The notes below the pieces were generated by a model. It worked only from the letters and a program-made list of their open reading frames with translations, made no database searches and was not told the DNA's origin. This document shows, piece after piece, positions 10,474-21,700 of a stretch of 64,000 bases of DNA. The translations under genes were made by a program, and so were the position numbers. The DNA comes from a virus (taxonomy: Duplodnaviria > Heunggongvirae > Uroviricota > Caudoviricetes). Each line of letters opens with the position of its first letter. Position 1 is the first letter of the stretch. The DNA lies in the IMG/VR virus record IMGVR_UViG_3300047163_000032, positions 32,877 to 96,876 of that record. One strand, written 5' to 3'.

Positions 10474-11370
10474 ATGCCAATACCGGAAGAGTTGAAGCCG
10501 TTCCTTGAGGGGATTTCAGCGGCGGATGTAGCGGTCTTTGACAACCTACTGACAAAAACGCCCGGTCTGGGAACCCGGTTGAAAGAGGGTGTTCTTAGGC
10601 AATCGGACTACGACCGCAAGATGAACGAGAACAAGACCAAGTTGACCGCTGCCGAAGAAAGGGCAAAGGAACTTGATGAATGGTACGAGGTAAACAATAC
10701 GATCCACACGAATTTGTTGACTGAGTACGACAAACTGGAGAAGCAGTCCAGAGAACTTCAGGAAAAACTTGCAAGGGCCGAGGCCGCAAGAACGGCATCG
10801 GGGGGAGACGACAACGTGAACGCAGCGGAGTTGGAGGCGAGAGTCAAGGAAGAAGTTTCCAAACTTGGGTATGTATCGAAATCGGAGATGGACTCAATCA
10901 TCGCAACCCAAGCAAACAAACTGGCGACTGAAGCGGCCAACGCGGAGATTAAGAAGGCCACCGACCAGTTCTGGAAAGAGACTTTCCCGGCGGCGGCTTC
11001 AGCGCAGGCCGACATCGCCGAAATCTGTTACGACCACAAGGTTGAGTTCAATGAGAACATCGACCGGGCGGCTCTGGATGCGGTGATGAAAGAGCGCGGT
11101 TTGACTTCTTTCAAGAAGGGCTATGAAGCTCTGGTCGAACCCAAGCGCAAAGAGCGCGAGTTTACGAGGAAGGTGGATGACGAAGTGAAGACGCGGTTGT
11201 CCGGGATGACCGGAGGCGGATTTGCTGGAGGCTCACCGATTCTCGAAAAGGGCGCGGTACAGATGCGGATCGAACGCGAGGCGGCAAAGGCGGCGGCATC
11301 GGGAGTCAGCAGCAGCAAGTTGGCGGCGGTGGAAGCGGCGCAGGAACTTCGCAACGAAGGCAAGATGTAA
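10474..11370 (+). CDS. putative scaffolding protein
   Basis: 298 aa, long charged coiled-coil-like segments (ELDEWYEV..LEKQSRELQEKLARAEAART), located between portal and capsid genes. Confidence 0.5.
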   Translation: MPIPEELKPFLEGISAADVAVFDNLLTKTPGLGTRLKEGVLRQSDYDRKMNENKTKLTAAEERAKELDEWYEVNNTIHTNLLTEYDKLEKQSRELQEKLARAEAARTASGGDDNVNAAELEARVKEEVSKLGYVSKSEMDSIIATQANKLATEAANAEIKKATDQFWKETFPAAASAQADIAEICYDHKVEFNENIDRAALDAVMKERGLTSFKKGYEALVEPKRKEREFTRKVDDEVKTRLSGMTGGGFAGGSPILEKGAVQMRIEREAAKAAASGVSSSKLAAVEAAQELRNEGKM

Positions 11371-11529
11371 GTCGGTAGGTTTGAGGTAACGAGGAAGTCC
11401 GCCATTGGTGGTCGCAGCCTCTCATTAGGATTGCCGTACAAGGGAAGTCCAACTATCGGACGCAGCCCGAAGACGGAAGAGAAACGGTAAAAAATCTCTG
11501 TCCCTTGAGGACTGAAAGGCAATACCCCA

Positions 11530-12495
11530 ATGGCTCTTAGCTGGGACGACATTACCTCCAAAACGAACGGCAAGATTGTTCCGACCCTTGTGGACACGAT
11601 CTACAAGTCTTCTCCGGTTTTTACGCGGTTGAGCACCAAGAACCGTGAAGAATTCGAGGGCGGAACGACGATCCGCCAGCCGATCATGTACGCACAGTTG
11701 AAGGGCGGATTCTTTACTCGTGGCGGATCGTTTGATACAAGCTACGTCGAAACCGACACGTCGCTTGAATTTAACATCAAGTATGCGTACGTCAACGCGA
11801 CCCTTTACGGCACCGACAACGTATTGAATCGCGGCCCGGAAGCGGCCATGAGCTACGTTGAGTCGAAGATGGCAAACGCGGCTGGCGCAATGGCGCAGAT
11901 ATTGGCGACCAGCCTGTACCTTGACGGTCAGGGAACCATCAGTCCCCCGACGTCGTTTGACGGATTTGCGGCGGCGATTGACGACGGCACCAACTACACC
12001 CAGTACGGCGGCATCACTAGGTCGGACATTGCGATCGGGGCCAACCAAGGGATCAACGCCTACTACAATGGCGGCAACACCACCTTCGCTCTCCCCCAAC
12101 TTCAAACCGCATTCGGTTCCGCATGGAGTGGCGCGGAGCACGTCGATCTGATTACCACCACTCAGCCTTTGTGGGACTCGATCTGGGGCAAGATTCAGCC
12201 GCAGCAGAGATTCCTTGAGGAGTCGAGCGACGTGGCAAAGATCGGCTTCCATTCCCTCAAGTTCAACGGCGCTTCAGTGGTGGTCGATCAGTATGCCCCA
12301 GCCGGGAAAATTTGGGGCTTGAACACCAGTTACATCAAGTTTTACATGAGCACCCTTCCCCTCTGGCAATTCGGGTTTACCGGCTGGAAGGAAGCGCAGA
12401 ACTCGGTGGACGTTTCCGGTCAGTACTGCTACGCCGGGAACATCGTGGTGGATGCGTCGAGGCTGTTTTTCCAGTTATCCGGATATACCTCGTAG
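11530..12495 (+). CDS. putative major capsid protein
   Basis: 321 aa ORF after scaffold, strong RBS region, typical size and position; no motif-level proof. Confidence 0.55.
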   Translation: MALSWDDITSKTNGKIVPTLVDTIYKSSPVFTRLSTKNREEFEGGTTIRQPIMYAQLKGGFFTRGGSFDTSYVETDTSLEFNIKYAYVNATLYGTDNVLNRGPEAAMSYVESKMANAAGAMAQILATSLYLDGQGTISPPTSFDGFAAAIDDGTNYTQYGGITRSDIAIGANQGINAYYNGGNTTFALPQLQTAFGSAWSGAEHVDLITTTQPLWDSIWGKIQPQQRFLEESSDVAKIGFHSLKFNGASVVVDQYAPAGKIWGLNTSYIKFYMSTLPLWQFGFTGWKEAQNSVDVSGQYCYAGNIVVDASRLFFQLSGYTS

Positions 12496-12534
12496 CAAGT
12501 ATTTGAAAACAAATAGGTTACACGGAGACAAGAA

Positions 12535-13167
12535 ATGGCACAGTTCGGAGCATCAATTCAGACGGCGCAGGTCACAACCGGGAACTTCCGGACGGCGGTT
12601 GACCCGTACCAGTCCAATATTGCCAAATATACGGGTCTGCAAAACGGGGCTCGTAACCCGCTTGGAGCGGCCTACTACGACAACACCCCGCTGACGGGAA
12701 CCACCGCCAACGCTTCGTTCGCCAAGTACCGTTACGTCCAGTACGTTTCGGCTTCGGCACCCGCGTTGACCGGAGCGACCGGATGCTTTCCGGTCTACTG
12801 GCAGAACTCCACCTACACTGCGGTGACGCCGGTCTACACCGAAGGCTTTACCGGGGGCATCAACAACCTCGCCGGGTATGCTATGCCGAACCTCACGTCG
12901 CTAAGTTCCTATACCGGTGCGACCTTGGCAACGCTGCTAGCGAACGCCTTTATCTGGATTTGCGTTGGCGGATACTTGACGGGTGTTTCCACTGGCGTCA
13001 CTGGACAGGCGGCCAACTCAGCGGTCATCGGCTCAACCACCACTTTGCTGAATGGGTTTGTTGCCAACGGAACAGCGCCAACCAACCGTATCGGTGGATT
13101 TACCACGGCGGCGGCGGCGACCACGGGCAGCTTCCTGTTCAACATGCTGGTTACGCTGGAAAGCTAA
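12535..13167 (+). CDS. hypothetical structural protein (Gly/Thr/Ala-rich), possible head decoration or fibre
   Basis: ORF track; composition. Confidence 0.4.
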   Translation: MAQFGASIQTAQVTTGNFRTAVDPYQSNIAKYTGLQNGARNPLGAAYYDNTPLTGTTANASFAKYRYVQYVSASAPALTGATGCFPVYWQNSTYTAVTPVYTEGFTGGINNLAGYAMPNLTSLSSYTGATLATLLANAFIWICVGGYLTGVSTGVTGQAANSAVIGSTTTLLNGFVANGTAPTNRIGGFTTAAAATTGSFLFNMLVTLES

Positions 13168-13176
13168 GGAGCGGTC

Positions 13177-13506
13177 ATGGCATACCAATTTGCGGCGGCA
13201 ACGCCAAACGTGTTCTCTCTCAGTCCGTTCGCGGCGGAGTTCGTCACACTGACTCCAGCCGCTGCGGACTACGTTGCCGGAGGATACACCCCGACTCCCG
13301 GCACGGGAATCGCAATGGGAAAGATTCTCTTTGCTATTCCCGTCGGCGGTCAGGGTGGATGGATTCCGGTGTGGAACCCAACCACAGGCAAGATTCAGAT
13401 GTTCACGGCTTCCGCCACTCCCGGCCCGGCTGTTGCGCTGTCGGAGGTTACGGCGGGAACCGATCTTTCGGCCCAAGTGTTTGAGTTTCTTTTGATCGGA
13501 TACTAG
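13177..13506 (+). CDS. hypothetical structural protein
   Basis: ORF track. Confidence 0.4.
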   Translation: MAYQFAAATPNVFSLSPFAAEFVTLTPAAADYVAGGYTPTPGTGIAMGKILFAIPVGGQGGWIPVWNPTTGKIQMFTASATPGPAVALSEVTAGTDLSAQVFEFLLIGY

Positions 13507-13526
13507 CGGCGCGGTTTTTGCGAAGC

Positions 13527-13560
13527 GGGGTCAGGGCTTACGCTCCGACCCCTTTGTTTT
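13527..13560 (+). terminator. rho-independent terminator after head module
   Basis: ggggtcag...cgacccc stem followed by tttgttttt. Confidence 0.5.
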
Positions 13561-13687
13561 TAGGAGGGAGGATGCCATGAAGAAGAGCATGAAGAAAAAT
13601 ACGGGACGGGACGAAAAGCCGTTGGAACCAAAGATGCGCGGAAAGAAGAAGCGCGGCGGGAAAGCAAGAAAGTCTGGAAGGTAGTCA

Positions 13688-14674
13688 ATGCCAATCGTTC
13701 CACCCAACCCGGCCTATCCAGGCGAGTATGGACCGAACCCGGCTATTCAGCCAGTCACTACCCAACTCACGTTCCAGCAGGGGATTGGCGAAGTGTTGAT
13801 GTGGAACCCGGACATCGACCCGTACATGATTGGGAGGTGGTTGAACAACCACTACCGGCAGATTATTCAGATGCGGTACTGGTATGGATGCTTGGTGCAG
13901 GGACAGTTGTATTGTCCGCAGATGACCACAACCGGATCGGCCAGCGTTACACAGGGGTCGAACACGGTGACCGGAACAGGGACGGGGTGGACGCAATCAT
14001 TGATCGGCCAGCAGTTTCGGATTGGGTACATGAATCCGTGGCAGACCATTGTCAACGTCAATCCGGGGTCTCCAAACACTTTGACTTTGGATATGCCGTT
14101 CGGTGGAGTAAGTGTAACTTCGTCCGGCTACCAAATCTCGCAAGTGTACTTCACGCTTGGCGCGAATGTGACAAGGCTTCTTTACGCGAAAAACCAACAG
14201 CAGGGATGGCCGATGTATGTGAATGTTCCGCAGCAATCTTTAGACGCGGTGGATACATGGAGAGCTTCGGTTGGTTGGTCAAAGGTCATTGCGGCGATGA
14301 CGCCTACCCCGGACGGACAGACGAGAGTTGAGGTATGGCCGTCTCCGTTCTACCAGCAGGTGTTTCCTTATGCAGCTTACGTTCAGCCTTCCGATTGGAG
14401 CGATGCAAACTCTTTGGCACCCTTTATGCGGGCGGATATTTTGGTGAATCTGGCGATTTCCGATGCTCTGACTTTTAGAGGAAGACAGAACAAGTATTAC
14501 GACCCGCAGGAAGCCAGACGCAGGTACGATATGGCGATGAAGATGATCGAGGAGATGGAGAGGCAGGACGATTGTCAGTGGCCTCAAGACTCCAGTTGGT
14601 CATACGGTGCTGAACTTGGTTACGAATGGGGAGAAGGCTCGTTGTGGGCACAGAACCACCCGGCATTCACTTAG
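13688..14674 (+). CDS. hypothetical structural protein
   Basis: ORF track, 328 aa. Confidence 0.45.
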   Translation: MPIVPPNPAYPGEYGPNPAIQPVTTQLTFQQGIGEVLMWNPDIDPYMIGRWLNNHYRQIIQMRYWYGCLVQGQLYCPQMTTTGSASVTQGSNTVTGTGTGWTQSLIGQQFRIGYMNPWQTIVNVNPGSPNTLTLDMPFGGVSVTSSGYQISQVYFTLGANVTRLLYAKNQQQGWPMYVNVPQQSLDAVDTWRASVGWSKVIAAMTPTPDGQTRVEVWPSPFYQQVFPYAAYVQPSDWSDANSLAPFMRADILVNLAISDALTFRGRQNKYYDPQEARRRYDMAMKMIEEMERQDDCQWPQDSSWSYGAELGYEWGEGSLWAQNHPAFT

Positions 14675-14683
14675 GAGAAGACG

Positions 14684-15019
14684 ATGGAAGCAACATACTG
14701 CGCGAACGAAGAATGCAGGTTTCACGCCGAACGCAAGGGCGGTAGGTTCATCTATCGCGGCGGTCTGGCGTATTGCGAGGACTGCGCGAAGATCAGTTAC
14801 CAGATGAACGATGGAAAGAACCTGTACGAGTTCACCACCACGCACATGACCGATCCATCAAAGCCTATCGAGGTAACTTCAAAAGGGCATCTGCGGAGGC
14901 TGGAGAAGGACTTCGGCGTGATTCATGTGCAGGCGAACTTCAACGAAAGAAATTGGGAACCGCCGAAGACTGTGCGCGACCCCCAAAGTTTCAGACGGAG
15001 GGTGTATGCGGAAAGGTAA
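14684..15019 (+). CDS. hypothetical protein with CxxC...CxxC zinc-ribbon
   Basis: CANEEC ... CEDC. Confidence 0.35.
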   Translation: MEATYCANEECRFHAERKGGRFIYRGGLAYCEDCAKISYQMNDGKNLYEFTTTHMTDPSKPIEVTSKGHLRRLEKDFGVIHVQANFNERNWEPPKTVRDPQSFRRRVYAER

Positions 15020-15217
15020 GAAGGCGGAAGAGATTTTCACTACGGCCATGCGGTATCCAGCGGAGGGCAAAGGGCTGGATTATTCGACTGCCATGCCGAT
15101 GAGCCAGCAGACCGGGTTTGAACCGGCAATGATGCCAAAACCGGGCAAGCATATTTGCTGGGACGATAAAGAGACCATGCGCCACAGGAGCACCACCAAC
15201 GGTCAAGGAGCGAAATA

Positions 15218-15760
15218 ATGATTCGCACATTTGGAGTTCAGACGCTTGGTGCGACCGCTCAGCCGTGGTTCAAGGACACGATTACCGCAGCGATTGTCGC
15301 CCAGCCGAACAACCTCAGCAACTATCAAGGCACCACGATGGTTACAGTTACGGCGACAAGTAAGTACCGCGTGGGGGACTATCTGATTTTTGATCCCGGC
15401 CAAGTTGTTCAGGATGGCGGATCAATCACGCAGATTCTTTCTCCGACAACGATGTCGGTGGTGGGGTTGATCAATGCTCATGCGGCCAATTCGGTATTGG
15501 CGCTCAACATTCGATGCTTCAATGTGACGATCCAACTGTTGGACGGGGGAACCGGGGCGGCATATTTGGGAAGCGACAACACGGTGACCGCCGCTCCGGG
15601 AGGCAATGTCTTCTACGAAATTCAGAAAGTTGCGGCCAACAGTCAGCCGAACATCTGGAATTACACGCAAAGCGTCGGGTACGACGGCATTATGTCGGGA
15701 GACGGATGGATTGTCGGAACATCCGGAGACAAGTTTATTGCAGCGGCTTACGTGATATAA
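15218..15760 (+). CDS. hypothetical structural protein
   Basis: ORF track. Confidence 0.4.
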   Translation: MIRTFGVQTLGATAQPWFKDTITAAIVAQPNNLSNYQGTTMVTVTATSKYRVGDYLIFDPGQVVQDGGSITQILSPTTMSVVGLINAHAANSVLALNIRCFNVTIQLLDGGTGAAYLGSDNTVTAAPGGNVFYEIQKVAANSQPNIWNYTQSVGYDGIMSGDGWIVGTSGDKFIAAAYVI

Positions 15761-15769
15761 GGACGGCGC

Positions 15770-18700
15770 ATGAGAAGGTTGTTGTGGTTGGCGGTATTGT
15801 TGGTGTTCACTCCTCTGGCAAGGGGTCAAGGATTCTCTGTCTACGGTCAGGCTTACACGACTCAAGGGTATCCCGCTTCCAATGCTCCGGTCAGGGTATG
15901 CTCCATCACGTCAACCGGAATTCCTTGCACGCCGACCGTCAATATTTACTCGGACATCGGACTGACGAATCCTCCTATATCCAATCCGACGACCACGGAC
16001 GCGAACGGAAACTACAATTTTTTTGTGGCTGCGCCAAACAACTACACCCTGCAAATTACAGCGGGGGGTGGACAGACCTACATCTATACGGTCTCGGCTG
16101 GGGTTTCGAGCCTCAACACCGTCAACGTGAACAACTTCATCAACGTGATGGCAGCGCCGTACAACGCTGTCTGCGACGGAACCACCGACGATTCCGCAGC
16201 GATCCAATCCGCGATTAACGCATCGCAGGCGGCAGCGACTCCAAACGGTTTTCCGACAGTCATTATTCCTTCCGTTTGCGCCGCCCACGGTCTAAGGATG
16301 TCCGGATACCAGCAGTTGATCGGAAATGGGAGCACCACGTCCAAATTGATATTGAACGATGCCACGGCGAACCTGTTGACTGTGACCCCGATATACGATG
16401 CAAACTGGCTCAATCAGGGTCAGGGCGCGATCAAGAACATCACCTTGGCCGGGGGAGATTCGGCCACAACCGGAACGCTTCTGGAGATTGATGGCGTCCA
16501 GAATTTCTCTATTTGGGACGTGGACTTTTTCGACAACGGCGGAAGAGGATTGGTTCAAAACGGATCAACGGAGCGGTTCGAAGCGCACAACACCCTGTTT
16601 TCTTTGGTCAGATGGCCGATCATCTCTCAGGGAAACACGAACGAAAGCTACTACTTCAACACGAAAATCGTGTTTTCCGGATACACTTATTTCGCCGGAA
16701 CAACCAATCCGTACTGCTATTCCGAGCAATGCGTCAATGGAGTATTCCCTTCGTCCGGAACGCTCTTCCCCTCGCAGTACGCGCAGGTCTATATTTCCGG
16801 CCCGCAAAATGTTCTGTTCGAGGGCGGTTCGATCAAGCCCAACAAGTACATGCCCGCGCTCCAGTTGTACAACGGATATTTGACGGAGAACAACTTCTAC
16901 ATTGAGTCGGGAGGCCAAAATTCAGGCCAGTATGACGGAGGTATTGCAAGACAGTATTCGTTGACCGCCGCACTTTCTTCAGCATCGTTGGTTGGCACGG
17001 TGGCTTCGACACTTTGGGCACCGAGCTACTACGGAAGTCAATCCGATTTGACAGCTTACGGTTACGCCAACGTTGAAAAAGCCGTCATCCGTCCCAACGA
17101 TTACTGCAATGCGGGGACGAACGATTTGAACGGAAATCCATGTTCCACCACGTACTCGGATCTCGATCCCGGTCACAGTCTAGGCATATTCAAAGCTACC
17201 GTGGAGCAGGTAATCATTGCGGGATTCACCGGAACCAACACCATCAATTTTTCGGCCAGAGCGCAGAATGGAACCACGGCAGTCAACTGGCCGATTGTTG
17301 GAGGCAACCAGCCGATTGTCGAGGAAATACCTAACGGCGGAGCGCATTTATCAATTCACAATCTCCACGGGCACACGGCTGGAGGTCCACCACCGCCTAC
17401 CGGGTACACGTACTTTGCTGACGATTCGGGGATTTATTCAGCAGCGGAGATTGTCACCGGGTACGTACCGGACGGCCCCAACGGGTATGTAATTTATCCG
17501 GGCCAGCCAAACGCGGGGAGGAATGGAAAAGCATTACTCACTATTTACGACCCGGACATGGTGACCAACCTTCCCAACTACCCGCAGGCCGGGAAGATTC
17601 TTTGTCACTCAAGCTGCGAAGTTTCTTTGCTTGGATTGATAAACCTTTCTTCGGGTGATCCAAACCCAACCCCGAACATTTCGGACAACCACATTAACAC
17701 AGGAGGAAGTTTCTTAATCGCCGCAAGCTACCCCAATGGTCAGGTGGCAAGTCTCGACTGGACGGACGCGAATCATAAGGGATTGGGTTCAACCAACTCG
17801 CAAAACCCCATTTCAGAGTCCGCCGTCAGCATTCCTGCGGCTGTAGGAACCGGCAGCACGCTTCAGGTTCTGAATCAATACAATATCGCTGGCAGAGGGA
17901 CACAGTTCCCGATAAACGCGCCCACTTTTAGTGGCGGAGGTTCGCTTCCAGCAAACGCAAACATTAGTTTCCGTCAGGCGTATACATACAGCGCCCCGAT
18001 TTTTTCGCTGGTATCCGGAGGGCAGGACTACACTTTTACCGAGGTGACGGTATCCACATGTCCAAACGGAGTGGGGTTTGCTTCGGTCATCAACGGCGTT
18101 TTGGACGGCACCGTTTATTTCAACACCAACGGCGCATGTTCGACAGGAACGCCGGTCGTGACGCTGGTTAACACCAATGGCGGTACGGGATCAGGAGGTG
18201 TGCTATCGGCTGTAATGGGTCAGCAGATCGGCGCGGTCAGTCCAAGTTATGTGGTAACCACGACTTCGACAAATAATCAGTTCACCATCCCCGCTCCCGG
18301 AGCAGACCCGACGGCGGCTGCCAGCGGCTACTACACATGGGTCGGGTATGAAGGATATGAAATGCTTCCGGCAAGCCCCGTCCAAACCGGGGTCGCTTCG
18401 CCGTATGTGGTGTCGTCACTGGTTACCGGAGGCACTCTAGTTCCAAGTCCTGCGTGCCAGACAAACTGCTATCCGGTTGATACCTTTACGCTGATGTTCA
18501 CGCCGTCGAACGAGTCGGCAAGCGGAATGTACTTGTATCACACCAATCCGGTCACTGGCGTAACACTGCCTTACTTTGAGGACACTTACGGGTCAGGCTT
18601 ATATATTCGCGGAGCTAACGGGGCGGCGCTTGCGAATGGGTGTCTATTTGTTTTCAATAACATCGTTCAGTCCAATGGAACATACCCATGCACGAGCGGA

Positions 18701-21700
18701 GGAGGGGGCGGAGGAGCTACATTCCCATCGACTCCCGGCATTGTAAGGAGCACCTCCACCACGACTTCGGTGAATGCGACCGCAGCGGACATCGTTGGAC
18801 TTATCGGCACGACTCCAGTTCAAAATGCCACCAACGCAACGAACACGGTCGAAGTGAACGGCGCGATCATCCCAGCATCGAAGACGATTGTCGGCACGGA
18901 TTCCTCAAGTCATATCGTGGACGCATCTTCCGCCACACTTGCTAACAACACCACGGGCAATGCGGCTACATCGACGGCTTTGGCTGCGACTCCAACCATC
19001 TGCGGTTCAGGATTTGCTGCGGAAGGCGTGTTGGCAAACGGCAACGCTATAGGATGCACGGCAATCCCAGTCGGCAGTGGTTCGGTAACCAATGTCAGCG
19101 TATTGAACACCTTCCCCGGATTAACGGCATCAATTGCCAATCCGACGACGACCCCGGTTCTCACGCTTTCTCCAACCGGAGGTTTGGCCGCAAATCAGGT
19201 ACTGGCAACTCCCAACGGCACAACAGGCACGGTTGGATTGAGGGCTCTAGTCCCGCAGGACATCCCGACCGCAACCGTAAACGCCGATTCCTTTGTGCTT
19301 CCGTCCGACGCGGGCGATTATGGCTTGGCGATCAACCGCGCTGCGGCTTCGCAGGGCTTCTCGACCTACACCGGTGGGATCAACGTCGGATCGTCCGGCG
19401 TAAGCGGGCCTTTTTCAGGTGGAACTTACTCCGGGACGTGCGTATTGGGTTCGACGGCGCAGTGCTACTACCCCAACCCGTTTGTGGTTCAATGCTCTGC
19501 GGGATGGCACAACGTCGCCACGCCGATCATTGAACAGGGCGCAATGGTGCTTGAAAACTGCAGCCTGTATCCCGTTGCCAATTACGGCTCAACCGTCAAC
19601 GGTCAGCCCGGCGTTTGGGGCAAGCCGGAAATCACCACGCTAGCGACTTTTACCCAATCCGGCATAGGGTTTACCTATCAAAACCCCGTCTACGCCACCG
19701 TGACCACTCCGGGCGTCGGCATGACCCCTGCCACGTATGGTCAGCAGTCGTTCACCGGATGCGGAGTGACGGCAACGCTTCAGTACCGGGTGATTTCGGC
19801 GACTAGGTTAGATATCGTTGCCCTTCGTCCCGCAGTTTCAGGATTCACCGCCAACTGCTCCACGGTCGTAACCCTTAGTGGTACAGGCGGCTCTACGGCT
19901 CCGGTCGTTACCTTGGCGAATGACACCACTGCGGCGGGAACCATTCAGTCGGAAGATCGTATCGGTTCCGTGGGTTTGGGCGGGGCGCAGAAAATCTTTG
20001 CGGCACCGCTCAGCTCGGGAACTTCAACTCCCGTCCTGATGTCCACCGCGACCATTTCAGGCGGCGGCGTATCGGCTTTGACCACTGGCGCAACCGGTCT
20101 CCCCGCAGTCGCAACTCAATACTGGGCCGTGGCGGACTCTTCTTATTCGTTCTCCGGCACGACCGACGGCACAACCGGGGTCATCCTCACTTCCGCTACC
20201 GTTCCGTTTCATGTGGGGCAGCTTGTCTCGGGGCCCGGTATCCCCGTTTCGTCACTCATCACCGCGATCAGCGCGGGAACCTCGATCACCATTGGAAACA
20301 ACACGACTTTAGCGGCAACATCGAATCTGAATGCATCGAACGGCGGGACACCGGGATCGGAAGCGACCGCGCTCATCACCGTCAACTCTTCGGGTGTGGT
20401 CACTGCGGCATCGGTCATCTATGCCGGCAAAGGCTATCTTTCGGGGACGACTCCGCGATTCACCCTGTATCCGGGCATGTTGTCGATCATCCCGCATTTG
20501 AACTGGATGGGCACCATCACCGCCGGTTCCACGTCGATCTGCGGCGTTTCCTCGACCCAAGGCCTTGCAGTGGGGCAGGTCATCACCACGACCGCCGGGC
20601 AGACCCCTTCAACGGGTTACGGCGCATCGGCAAATTTTGCGGGGGGCACAACGATCACGTCGTTGACGAACCCATGCACCATCGGACAGGGGAACGGGTT
20701 TACGATTTCCGCGAACGCTCTAGCCTCGTCCGTCGGGCCTGTCGGGATGACCCTCGCCAACGGTCAGACGTGGACGTACACGGCGACGGATATGTCGGTT
20801 GCGGCAGTGATTCAGGCACCATCCAACCCCAACGCATACATGAACACGGAAGCAACAAACGTTCGGAAGGGTGTCCACAACGTGGTTGTTAGCGACCCCG
20901 GATTCTGGGCGCTCACAGGGGTTCAAGGGCTTCAGGTATCGTCGCAGGACAACTACAAGCTGGACGGATTCTCCGGAACGAACCTCTTTGGCTCCTGCAT
21001 CGTGACCGGCGGGCAGTATATGTACAACCCGCAGAACAATGGAACGGCGGTGTCCGGGGTCGTCCGCGATTCGCTGTTTTGGAAAGACCTTGAGTGCTAC
21101 TACTCCGGAGAGCACTTCAGCAATCAGGGAGAGTTTGAATATGTTACCGGCTACCAGTCCGCCGGAACCGCCGACGAGATGAACTTCATTGGCATCAACG
21201 GCGGCCATATCGACTTCGCGCAGGGCCGGGAGTTTGTCTCGAACTCGTACAATCCGCAGAACCAAACGGCATCTACGGGTGACGCGGGAGCGACGCGATA
21301 TTTTGAGTGCTCCAACTGCCAGATCGAGCCGGGCAGCAACGTGCGTCCGAACATCACCGTCGGCCATACGCGGAATTACAACATCGCCGCTTCCGATCCG
21401 ACGATTGAGATTCACGGCAACGTCAATGCTTTTACGAACTCTTTCTCGCTCGATCCGGGGCCGGGGAAGGGCGTGTATGAAATCTACTCAGGTGGACAAC
21501 TGGGCATCATGGGCGGCGTTCTCAAGGCGACGGGGAAGAATGTCTCAATCATTGGAACCTTTAGCACCGCCGCTTCCACTGTGGCGTTCGTTAGTTCGTC
21601 CGTAGGATATGGCTTTCCCAACGACGGAACGTGGGAAGGTATTCCGCTATGGGTCTCCGACTCAAGCGCTCCGGCTGGAAATCAATGCCTGGCAAGCGTG